Notes under the pieces: generated by a model
The model's database searches: none
What the model was told of the DNA's origin: nothing
What the model saw: the letters and a program-made list of their open reading frames with translations, nothing else
Position numbers and translations under genes: made by a program
From: Daphnia carinata
Taxonomy: Eukaryota
Length of the DNA: 64,000 bases
Direction of reading: 5' to 3'
Assembly: GCF_022539665.2 (NCBI RefSeq)
Contig: NC_081331.1
Coordinates: 14,012,001-14,076,000 of the forward strand
Part shown: positions 50,639 to 62,760 of the stretch, in pieces
Layout: each line of letters begins with the position of its first letter
How positions within the stretch are numbered: position 1 is the stretch's first letter

Positions 50639-53600
50639 GAACGTTCATCTCTCAACTGGATCCTGGATTACCGATTCCGCCAAACTGATCCGCCCTATCT
50701 GATGATATGCCCAAAAAAAAATACCCACAAACAAAAGATCCTTACTTTATATCATTACATTTCGAAACCACAATTTCGAGTGTAATGATATAAAGTGAGG
50801 ATTTGAGTTATTTTTGTTCCAATTTAGCTACGTAAGAAAACGAAATCCAATTTGAAAAATTGGCGCCAATATTCCTATACTATATTTCCTATTTCTGATT
50901 ATTCCTAAATTCTATTGTCTATACATTACTTGATACAATACGCAACGCATCGAAATACATCTGTTTGTATACAACGTCTCTTTCTTTTCATCCGTTTAGA
51001 TTTTATTTTAAATTTCGATTTAACTTTGCAGTGTGGCATTCTCAGACGTCCGTGTACCGTCTGTGACTCAGCAGTACCGAATGACGAGGATTTTTTTTTC
51101 TTTTTCTTTAAGCTTGAAAATGTTTACCTTCACCGGCTAGTGTATGATACTTTGGCTGCTGGGCCAATGGAGCAGCAGCAGGTGTCAAATGCGTGGGGGG
51201 GAAAGACACGCAGACTGGCGGTCGGCGTCTGTTTTTGTGTGTCTGCCGATGTAAATCACACGGGAAAAAAAGAAAGAGAAAAACAAAAAAATCTACTTTC
51301 ACTTTTTTTTTTTTCTAGTCGTTTCTTGAGGGTCTTTTGCTAGAGTTGCCGGGCTGGTTTAGCAGGTTTGTCCGTTCTTCTGGCTTTTTACCAATAACGT
51401 GTTACTAGGAGTGTTGCTATACACACATACACTGTGCTTTTCTTTTTACGCGCTCCCTGTTTTTCTACAGAACTTCTTGTCATTAGGAAAAGCTGGTCTG
51501 CTTAAGAAAGAACCTCTTTCTGCTCTCTATAAACGTACATACAAAAAATTCAAGTTTTAACGTGTCATTCGGGTGCTGCATCAGCCAGTTTTCGCCTTAA
51601 AAACAGGCAATACAAACCAATACGAAAGTGTTCGTTTGACTGAATCGGGCTCAGTTTCGTCCAAATTTAACGTTTTCTTTGAACTCGTACCTTAGCTGGG
51701 ATGATGTCTAAATACGAGGAAAATGGGCGTGACACTTTCCAGAGTAATAAAGCCGTCTTTAACTATTAACTGCGATCGGATTATGCAATCAATGAGAATC
51801 AATGATATGCCTTGCGTGACTCATCCGATATTGAAGACCACCCTGTTTGTTTATTGAAGGGGAAAACCGGACTAGAATAACTTTCAATAAAGGGAAAACA
51901 CAATACGACTAGAAATCGAAAGTGTAAAAGAAATATCATGGTACTTAAGACCAAATAAGCTAACACAAATAAATTAGGTAGCTATAAAATTTTCGGACTC
52001 AGCATACATTCGAAATCGAAAAAGCGAATGAATTTTTTCTTGCATGCCAACGACATCTGTTTTAGAACATTGCAACCATGTTTTTTTTGCCACTTGTGAA
52101 TTAAAAATTCAATATATATTACCAATTAGCTTAATAAAGCTAAGCTTTTCGTGCAGAATTTTTTATGGGTCGCTATGTTGCTAGTAAGGCCAGCGTACGT
52201 GTATATGTTTTCCAACCATTTCGGTAATGATTGCTTTCGCAACATGCATAATACACACAAATCTGTTCTAATTTTCAAAATGGAGCACACTTTTTTTGTT
52301 ATTCAAAAGACCAAAACATTAATCTTGTGTGACAGGACCGGGCCTGCTCATTGGACGCTGGTAGCCTAGTTTGCTAATTTGTATTCGATTGCTTGAAAGA
52401 CCAAAAAACTAAGAAACATTTCCGCTACAAGGATTTAAATCTTAAAAGGCGATTAAACTCCGCGTTTGGTACAAGCAATTTCAAATTAAGCATATTCCGG
52501 TTACTTATTGCGCTATTAGTACTCCTGCTGCCATCTGTTGGCTGAATGTAGTATCTTTGTGTATGTCTGTTCGGAGGCGCAAGAAGTCGAGTGGTCAGGA
52601 AGAGTTAGCAGTTCAAATTGAGTAATTGTTCAGTAGTAGTAAACGTTGTATTCCCTTCAACGTGTGTTAGTATGCCGTAACTTGCCAACGATCAAGGAAA
52701 TGCTCTTTGACGAGTAAGCACATGAAATTGTACGTAACTGAGAAAATGCCTGATGGGCTTCATCCCCTGAAAACTATTTGTAAGTTAACTGGCTAAGCTT
52801 TTCCCATCCAAAATAGTATTTATGGTGGGTCCTATCAATGTTTTGGTCCTTAGAGCAAAGTTCTTTTTCCTTTTCTTAGGTTTCTCAACATCATCTAGTT
52901 TTTTAGTTAAGCAACGGTCTGCTAAAGCCTCCAAGGAGTCATCATGTGGAACTCTAGAACTTTACTTTCTCAGCTGGATGTTATCCTAAGCTTTGTGTTA
53001 ACTAGAATTGTTCACAGATAGTTGGATACAAGCAGACTCCTACCGTAGGGATTTTGGTTAGCAACAACTTTCCAACACTCTTAAAATATTTATGTGATAC
53101 CGTAATTATGTTGGGAAAGTGGCCATAAGACCATATTTCAAAGATGAGCTAGAAGCCATTTAAAATGTTGTAATCATGCAAAATATTTTGCTTGTTCTTA
53201 ACATTCCATGTAAGGTATGTTTCCCTACTTGGATTTTCTTATTGGAACGAAACCTTAACAAATTGCAAAGAAAATCAGCAATAATTCATAGCAAGTGAAA
53301 GGAAAGTATTTCCACAGATTTAAGTGCTTTGGGATTAATGAGCATTAGCAGTGACAAAGATTATCCGATCGCCTTGTCCAAATCCACCCATCAACGTTTA
53401 ACCACTTGTACCAGTTAGTTATTATAAATGAGGATTGACTGTTGATAGCGTAGCCATTCTCTTCTCATCGCGTGATTAAAGAATCACCTTGACACGGAGC
53501 GAGTTCCTAGGAAATCGCTTTCCCTTTGTTCGCGAGCGGAACGAGTGCTTTTTAAAAATGCTGTTTTGGCACGACCGCAAAAATAACGGTATATTGGATG

Positions 53601-56463
53601 CGTGACAAGAAGTTGTTCAACGTTCAAATTTATTTTCTCGCAATTCTTGGGGTTGCATAATACGTTCCTAGAACTGTCATAACCATTCGCCCCATAAATA
53701 AGAGCATCGCAATATGCTACTTCGAGTTTAAAAGATGTAGCAATATACCAGCTCAGGTTTTGTTCCCATTTAAAAATTTATTTAGCACCAGTAGGTTACT
53801 ACTTGTTGTACAGGTTTAAGGTACTAGTTTTTGAGCAGTAAAGTTGAATTTCCAAACTGGACTATATTTGTACTTTTCATTTGTTGTTGTGGTAGGTAAC
53901 ACCTCTCTCTTTGATTCTTACTATTCGGTTCGTATGAAATATTATTATGAACAGCAGCAATTCACATTCCCTGACCAAGATTCCCTTATTGGGAAGCTCA
54001 TATCTAGCCAAAAACCTTGAAAGTCAACCCATACTATTTACCAAAAGTTCTTGTGAAAAGAAACACGAAGCTGTCTGACCAGGTTATAGGCTTCTGATCG
54101 ATGAAAAGCGATTTGACAAACCCGATGCTGCCGTGATTAGTTTCTTTCTGCTTTACTTATATTGTCAGTTATGACAATCGGCTAAATGACATGTATAGTA
54201 ACAATTTTACTATGCAACAACCTTCAATGTCTATATAATTGCTGCCGTACCCTTGAAAGTCCCTGTCGTAAGGTATAGGGCAAAACGATTTCTGTAGCGT
54301 AGCATAAAGTCGAAAACAAATGAAAACCGACGAGGCCATGTTAGGACGTCTTTTTGTAGTACGTTTTTTTTATCATGTACTCCAACTTTCTCATTTTCGA
54401 AGAATTAAAATGTTTCTGTTCCTTTTCTCTTCCCTAATAGCAATAAACATCTCGTCACTTGTTGATCCTGTGTCCTTGCTCTAATGCCCAGGGACTAGAC
54501 TCTTTTTTTTTGGGTTCGGAATCATGCAACTAGTTTAAGACAAACCCTAGCGCATTATATCCCGTAAGGTAGCATATTTAAATTCGTATACAACTGTAAG
54601 CATTTTTTTTTCTTTCTAGATGAAGGCAATCACGCAACGACCTTCCAAGGTCGTAACTACGCAGGTAAATTACCTCGAGCGTGGAATCGTGATAAACGAG
54701 CAGTTAACCAACTAAGGCCTTCCAGTTCTTTTGACGATAAAAACAAAACAAAAAAAATCTCATTTGAAAAGTCCATCTATAAACGACGTCTTTATCCATT
54801 CACTGAAACTCTTTGTCAAGGTTTTGCCTGTTCCAATGGAATAAGGCCATTCTTCAAGGGATGGGGTACTTCAGTTCCATGACGAAGCAGAAGTACTATC
54901 ATGTCAATCCTGTTGTCAAAATCAAAAAATCCATCGTTCGTTTTCTAGAAAAATGAAATCGTCATAGATTTACTTAATACCTTTATCATTTGAATTTAAA
55001 ACGTGGGCTTAAACCTGTTTCTTTTGTCAATAGAAACCATAGCTGTTCGTGGTCTTCTTATATGGACGTTTGTGCGATTGACAGTTCAAGGGAATCACGT
55101 CCACGTGAAAATTCTTAACGAGAACTCATAAAAAAACATTTCTGCCATGGAACAATAGGTGCATCGCCATCCGCCAGATCAAGGAATTGTCAAACTTGAT
55201 TCGTCGTTTTTCACCATTTTATGGATGGATGGCCAAAAATGGGAGGTCAGTGAAAGTTATTGTAGACTTAAAAAAAAAAAATCTTATAGTTTGTGTGTTA
55301 AGAAAATGAATATGGAAGTAAAAGTGTGTCGGACGCTAGCGAAATTTTTTTTTGGCGCCAGTTTGACGTAGAACCAGTAATTCACGCACCGTAATTCGAA
55401 ACAACGATTTAAATTACCTGAAAAAAAATAAAACTCATATTTTTTTTCGTTTCTCAAATGGCGATTCGTATTTCAAAGTTTGCTATCGATACGAATATGA
55501 TAGCAGGATTTGTTTCCAGTTAGTCATGTAACTTGGTACTTTATTGGCGACTGTAATGCAAAATATATCTTGTACGTGGATGAATACTGAAAGTGTAGGG
55601 GGTGGAAGATGGATTTGCCTGATAAATTCCATCTTTGACACAGATGCATTGTTAATTCTAGTTTGATAAATGGTCTGATGAATGGGAATAGTGGTTGGGA
55701 TGCACAACACTTCTCCTTCTTTATCTTTTTGTCGCCTATTGTTAAAAATCGCTGTTTCACGTTTTTTTCCCGCATACATTTGCTATGGAAATGTGTGTGT
55801 CATGCCATCTGTTGGCATTCATTCAGCATCAGTTCAATGTTGATTTTCGGCAAAAGTAGTATTGAACAACCTTATTTGGTCATCTCTAAGATCGTTGGAA
55901 GAAAGTGATAACGAATAATAGCCCTTCCGAAACTATCAGGACACAATCGCTGTTTTTTAATCACTGATATCAGTCTTCCGGAAAATGGACGCTTTTCTCT
56001 ACGTTCGACGGACACTTGAAACCTTATGCCATCTGTTCGAATTCGTCCACAGAAAACAATATCCTTTTAGATGAACAATCGAAAACTTCAAAGTGTTCCA
56101 CGCAGTACAGCCTATGTCTCTGCACAAATATTAAATGCTTCGCTTTGAAGATTTAGAAAATTATCTCGTAGAAAGGAGGTACTTAAAATTTCGTCCAAAA
56201 AAATTTACGAAACGAAGCAACAGATGGAAATGCGTTATTTTTATAAATTTTTTTATACGAAACGAACGGAAGCCAAATCATAAACAACACAGGCCCGAAC
56301 CACTTGCATTACAATAGGGCAATAGTGGACCTTTAACCTTTTAATAGCCCACAAAAAAAACATGAAATTGGTTTTTGTAAGGCAATAGACTTTACCAACC
56401 CATTCCTGATAAGTGGATAGCGTCGTTTCAGATCGAAAAATGTTCGCTAAAGTAAAGATGAGG

Positions 56464-57888
56464 TTAAGGAGTCACTATAACTTTTCCGATGTTTTCCCGT
56501 TGAGAAAGTCTATTTGTAGCTTCAGTAATCTGACAAGAAAAATACGTAAATATAAAATAAATATAAATAAATCAAAGTTCTATAATATTCTACCTGACTA
56601 AAAGTCCACACAGAGTCAATTTGAGGTCGGATCACTTTTTTCTCATACAATTCGAAAAGATGAAGTATAGCCTCTCGATATCTTTCAGGAAGTCGAGTTT
56701 TCACATGGGTCAAGTGAAATCCGGCAACGACACGGCTATTGAGAACTAGATCAATTGGTTTTATAGTGGCTGAGTACCACCAGCTTCTAAAAATTCGCCA
56801 TAAACTAAGTGTCTCTCCAGCAATCATATCGTTGGCACCTATGTTCAGTCGTCAACGAGTCAGTTCCATCAGAAATTAGTATAGTATTATGACATTCTCA
56901 AACCTATGAGAATAGCTCTTCCTAAATCCTTTACCAACAGTTGAGTGCGCCGAAAATTATCGCCCGATGTGCAATCAAGCGCAATATCTACTCCTTGAGG
57001 ACATGCCGCTTTAACAGCCGCATCCCAACAAGGGTCCTTCGAATCTATGGTGACATCGACGCCATTTGCTCTAATAGCTTCGTGCTTGCTACTGGACGCC
57101 AAACCAACTACGCGAACATTTGGTATGCTTTTGGCCAACTGTGTTGCTGCCCAACCAACTCCACCTATCCACGAGAAACTGGTTATACATACAAATAGCA
57201 CCAACAAAAATTATTCAATTTTACCTGCTGCCGAAGGTATTAAAACAGTTTGATTGCTGCGGAGGTTCCCAATGTCAAATAAGCAGAAATATGCCGTTAG
57301 ATAATTCACTGGAAAAGCTGCTGCCTCATCAAAGGACATGGATTCTGGCACTACAAAACAACTAGATGATTCAATACATACAAATTCTGTTTGAAGACCT
57401 GGTTTTCCTGTATGAATCAAAACTCTGTCCCCTTCCTAAACAACAATAAATACAGATATGATTTATGTTAAATGTATTACAGGTCAAAAATCACACAATG
57501 AATATAAATAATGAAACTTCATTTAAGAAACAAAAATAGGTTTTTTATGTTACCTTCAAATTCTCAACTTTTGATCCAACACCAACTACAACACCAGAAC
57601 ACTCTAATCCCATAATAAATGGGGGCCCAGGCTCATTGCGAACAAGACCTTGTCTAGTATAAATATCAGCAAAATTTAGCCCACATGATTTCACTTTCAC
57701 GATCACTTGTCCACCTTCGGGGTTACGGTTGAATGGAAGATGCTGCACCTGACTTATTCAATGTTTAAATTTCAACACATTAGACCAACAAAATTGCAAG
57801 TAAAATTAAGTAATCAGTTACACCTTACCTGAATTTTGTCGAGCCCACCGTAACCACTGAGTACTACTGAAAGAGACGAATCTTCCAT
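56464..57888 (-). CDS. Synaptic vesicle membrane protein VAT-1-like (medium-chain dehydrogenase/reductase, quinone oxidoreductase-like)
   Basis: Six exons: MEDSSLSVVLSGYGGLDKIQ; VKSCGLNFADIYTRQG..PFIMGLECSG; AAAFPVNYLTAY..VLIPSAAG|GVGWAATQL (NADPH-binding motif); GVDIALD; IRPQIDSVWTFSQ; ITEATNRLSQRENIGKVIVTP*. Confidence 0.88.
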
Positions 57889-58031
57889 TGTCACGTTCTA
57901 TTACTTTCGAGGATTTAACGGTATAGAGAACCAAACACTGGCAATATCATTCGAGTCGATGTCGACGCTTGTTCGACATCATAACAAACAGAAATGGCAT
58001 CTAGTGAGAATAATTGTTACGAAACGTATAC

Positions 58032-58968
58032 GAAAAAGTCAGGCTTATTTAGTCGGGCTTAAAAAAATTTTCTGCAAAAACGGGCACTCATCGGAATTGG
58101 TCGGATATTACAGGATATACTCAAACTTGAATGCTGATTCCCATAAAATTTTTGTTTTTTTCATGAAGTCAACCGTTTTGGAAATCTACCGAATACTTCT
58201 GCTGCCTCGCGTTAGCGATATAGCGTACTGGCGCGCTAGCATTGTGTCAAATATGCGGTGTATTTCAAAAAACGATTGACTTGATGAAAAAATAGAAATA
58301 TTCCTGGAATCAGCATTCAATTTTACGTATGTCCTGTGATATTCAACCAATTCTGATGAGTGTAAGTTTTTGCAGAAAATGTTTTTAAGCCCGACTAAAT
58401 AAGCCCGACTTTTCTTATTTTTGTGTTTTTTAGGTTTAACTCAAAAACTATAAGGCCAATTGTATAATAAATTTCATATCCATTCTAAGCACTCAATTCT
58501 AAATCGAAATTATGTATTTTAGGCGAAATTAAAAATTTAGCCAAAAACGAAAAAGTGCAAAGGCTATATAGCCTTACCACTTTTGTCAAAATCGGTCAAA
58601 AATGACATCTCTTGGAATTCGATGAAAGTCACACAGTAAAATCAAAATTTAACGCCGATTCAGAAAAAGCCATTTGTTTTCTTGTCAAGTTTTCCGTTTT
58701 CGAGTTACACCGAGTATTCGTGCAAAAAATAAGAAAGTCGGGTTTATATATTTAGTCGGGCTTAATTTTTTTTTCTGCAAAAACCGGTACTTACAGGAAT
58801 TGGTTAAATATCACAGGATATATCCAAAATTGAATGCTGATTCCGACAAAATTCAATTTTTTTCATTAAATCAACCATTGTAGAAATACACCGAATATTT
58901 CTGCTACATCGCGCTAGCGCTGTAGCGTACTGGCGCGCTAGCATAGTGTCAAATATTCATTGCATTTC
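58032..58968. mobile_element. Non-autonomous foldback/MITE-like element made of alternating inverted arms
   Basis: 58032-~58200 is the imperfect reverse complement of ~58250-58414. 58731-58968 repeats the first arm and centre. Palindrome AGGCTATATAGCCT at 58561-58574. No transposase, and no target-site duplication identified. Confidence 0.65.
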
Positions 58969-59636
58969 CCAATAAACAAACAAAACTATAACTCCCAAGT
59001 AAAAATAAACTTGATTTTAAACATCTTGGTTCAGCTTTTGGTGATTCAATTTTCAATCTAAACCTAGCGGCGTATTGCTATGTTTAGGTTTGAAAAAATT
59101 TAATTGCTGGTAATTCCCCAGGCCAATCGGACGTATAGTTACTGACAAACCATCTTCTGTTTCCTGGGAAACTTCACAATGTCCAATACAGGCAACTAAT
59201 GTAGTTAGGCTGTTATCTTATTCCGTTGTATTGACAAAATTTTTCCAAAGGGTAACACAAAAACTCAACTAATTCACGATAGCCATGTGGCAGTTTTTCC
59301 ACGAAATGTTAACTCTTCCGATTTTTTCATCTTTTGGTTGTCCTGTAAACATATTTTCGTAAAACTTTACATGAATCATTACTTACCTTCCCTATGACCA
59401 TTATCGTATAGTCATTGAATGAAAGATGGGGGAATAATAGCATATGCGGGTAAAATTTTGGGCACATTCTACTTCTTCGCTTCTTCATACCTTAGGGAGA
59501 CTGCGCGAAGCCACTTCGGATGAATCGAAAGCAGAGTACGAATTCACATAAAAACCCAGGGCGGCAATATCCAATGTCGAAGTCAAGGAGAATATCGTAC
59601 GCATTCCATCACAAATAAATCACTCAATTCAACAGA

Positions 59637-61755
59637 ATGTTATCCTTTCATTTAATGGCTATTTTATTCTTATCGTTCAATCTTTATTGGGCGACAGAAT
59701 CATTAGCTTATAGAACCGGACTGAATGGAAATACGTTAACATTTGCATTGTTCCACGTAAGACAATCACATTAAAATTATATTTTATTTCATATAATATT
59801 GGGATGTTTTCTTAATTAATCTACAACATATTGTGGCATTGTTGCCTTTTCAACTAACTGAAAAAAGGCACCTCCCGGATATATAGTGACCTTCACACCT
59901 GATGGCAATTTCACATTTACCGGTAGTTATGCAATGGAAATGAACTGGTTTGCCAAAAGACTTAATTTTACGTACGTCTCACTTTGATAAACATCTGTGG
60001 CGATATACTGTAGATAACCAAGTCTTCCTTTACATAGTTATTACTAAAACACAATATAAAATCTTTTGTTCGCTATGTTTAGAAAATAATTGTGTGTTAT
60101 GGCAATAGGCTTTCCTATCGACCACTTAACCATACGATCAGCGCGAAATACGGAAATCCAACCAATCATGCATTTCATCTCATACAAAATAAGGTTAGAA
60201 AACATAAACGAATTCCACGACGTTAACGAATATTTGTAAATGTTGAAATCCAGGAAGTGGATGGATTTGCAGTAGTTTTTATTGCCACTCCAGAGAGGAA
60301 GAAAATAATGGACTTTACTTCCTTTTTCGGTTGGTCTGATTCGTACGTTATGGTAGTGCCCCGTCCTGAAGAAGAGTCTCGACTCTTCGCTTTCATTTGG
60401 CCATTTGAACCAGCGGTATAAAATTTATTTTTTAGCGTTATTGTATTCACTGTAAGTACAAAATCCATATTACTCTACATTTATTCTTAATCGGCTATAA
60501 TCAAGGTATGGCTTCTAATCGTAATCACTATGGTTATCATGGTGGTCGTGATGAGTCTGTTCTCCGGATCATACGTTTGGCTATTTGTAAACGATTTCCT
60601 GAATCCAATTGCTCAGAACAGAAGGGAAGAGAGGACGGCAGCTTTTTGGCAATGGCCTGGTATCTACTCCATGTATGTCATTAACATTATGACTAATCAA
60701 GGTAGACCGCTAATTGTTTTGCAGAAAATTCTGCAGTCACATTCTATTACTTAAACGATTTATCATAGGAACTAGCATTGCGGTTCGCCGCTTCTCCTTC
60801 CAAATCCTTGTTGGGACTTGGCTTTTGGTTGCCATGGTCTTAGTCAACAGTTATTCAAGCACAGTTGTTTCCTACTTGACAGTACCCAAAATGAAACCAT
60901 CAATCCAGACTTTCGAAGATCTGGCGGCCAGTCCAGCTGTTGGCCTCATCCTGAAAGTAGACACAGATATCGGCCAAAAGATACTTGTAAGCCCAACTTT
61001 CCAACATCCGTGTTCCAATTGTGTGGCTTCGCACGCTCTCTTTTCATGTTGCGATAAACCATCACAGTTATCGAAAACATTCCTACTGTCGTAATTGTTG
61101 GATTCCTAGGAGGCTGAGTCAGGCGTTCTTAAAATTTTGGGAGATCAAGCTCGAAGAGAGCCGGATCGGTTATTTACTGACCCTGGGAAAATCAACGCGC
61201 GCCTTATAAAGGGACGCTACGCATACCCATATGTAAATGTATTCGTTATATAGCTAGTCATAAAGTGTTTAATCCTATCGCATTTTTTTAGTTGCAAGCC
61301 TTCGCTAAATTCTTCGTTGGTGATCGATTCAGAAAAGACGGCAAGTGTCATTTTCAAATGACTAAGCCTCTGTCTCTGACCGGATTTTGGTCTATGGCTT
61401 TCCAGAAAGGCAGCAAGTTGACATCCATTTTTAACGATGTGTACGCTCTTCCATAAGCATACTGTATTTTTTTCTTAAATAACACTTAATCTTTTGCTCT
61501 TTTGGTAGTTTGGTAGAAATATGGGAAACTGGACTTCCTCGTCGTTGGTCGAACGATGAGAATCCACGAGCACCACAATGTTTCGCCAAAGAAAAGCCAC
61601 GGGCAAATTTAACCGGCCAAGTTCCCATTCGATTAATTGATCTGATGGGTGCTTTCTTGATTTTGGGAGTTGGCATTGGCCTGGCCACAATTGTCTTTCT
61701 TGTGGAGAAAATAATTTTCTTCAAAAATCGACGGATGGCTATGAATATTAAATAG
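59637..61755 (+). CDS. Divergent ionotropic receptor (iGluR-like chemoreceptor), 9 exons, apparently intact
   Basis: Signal peptide; [39 protein letters not shown] (S1/pre-M1); [34 protein letters not shown] (M3); WETGLPRRW; last [24 protein letters not shown]. No long amino-terminal domain. Confidence 0.88.
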
Positions 61756-62760
61756 AAGTTTCAACTATAAATGTAGAAGGCCCGTTTACTGGCATCGGTA
61801 AACGGTAATTGCTGTTTCACAGATATGTTTCGGAATATGTTACTCTGGACTTAATAAATGCACAGCCCATGCACTGTTGGAGGAATGGGACTATCAATGA
61901 AATTGATGCTATAAAAAAGAAGATTTTGTTTATGTTTAAAGCTCGACGCTGTTGAGGATATGCTGTCAACGCTGTCCTCATTCATAATGACTGAGGTCCT
62001 TTCTCAAAACAAGCAGGGACCTTTGACTGATCCGAGCGCAATCGTAAAGTAATAATAGAATTGCCCAAATGGTATATTATGTCGGGTATATACATTATAG
62101 ATAAATGACGCCACTATTGTTTGGGCCACTGGGCCGTTTTGCTAAGTAACTCACTACATTAGCCTATATACTATTGACTATACGGAAACTGCGTACAACG
62201 CGCTGTAACACTTGACGTGTATAAGTAAATAAATGATGATGGTCGAATTAGTTGTAACGTAAAACCCAAGAAGCTCTTGGCTATTTGGTAGACTACCCGT
62301 CGCACAGATTCGCATATTTGATTCGCCTCTTAATTATTCGGTGAGCAATTATGGTGAGACGAGAGGTGGTAACTCGAAGAACTTTGCTAGGCAGCCGCAA
62401 GCAATTGAAAATGTACACACGTGGATATACAACTGTCACCTATCACAACATACACACAGGCAAACAATGTTGAACATGTAAGTACCAGAACTTCATCGAT
62501 GGCAAATAAAAAAGTTTATCGTCCTATAAATTCAGTGAGATGGTCAAAGATTTACTAATAGCCGCTTAGTCGTCGTCAGCGTGAAACGTGGAAAGCTATC
62601 GTGTTCAACATTGTTGGTAAACTTTAAGGCTCGGTAGGAAAGCCCTCGTTTTACTTGAACGGCCCATACGCTTAGGGGCGATAGCATTTATCAGCTGTCC
62701 ATAAAATCGAACGATATTTATTGTTATTCTATTAGAAAACTAATTTCAGCGTTAGGCGTT

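Noticed and set aside
52720..52770. ATGA..AA..TGA pattern suggestive of a SECIS element or box C/D snoRNA
   Set aside because: There is no convincing stem or proper box spacing, and no upstream UGA-containing ORF.
55530..55610. Faint resemblance (LLAT/CNAKYILYVD) to a PIF/Harbinger transposase motif
   Set aside because: It needs a frameshift, is very short, and I found no convincing flanking motifs.
57959..58883. ORFs at 57959-58279 and 58674-58883 with similar peptides
   Set aside because: The similarity comes from the repeated arms of the foldback element, and there are no transposase motifs.
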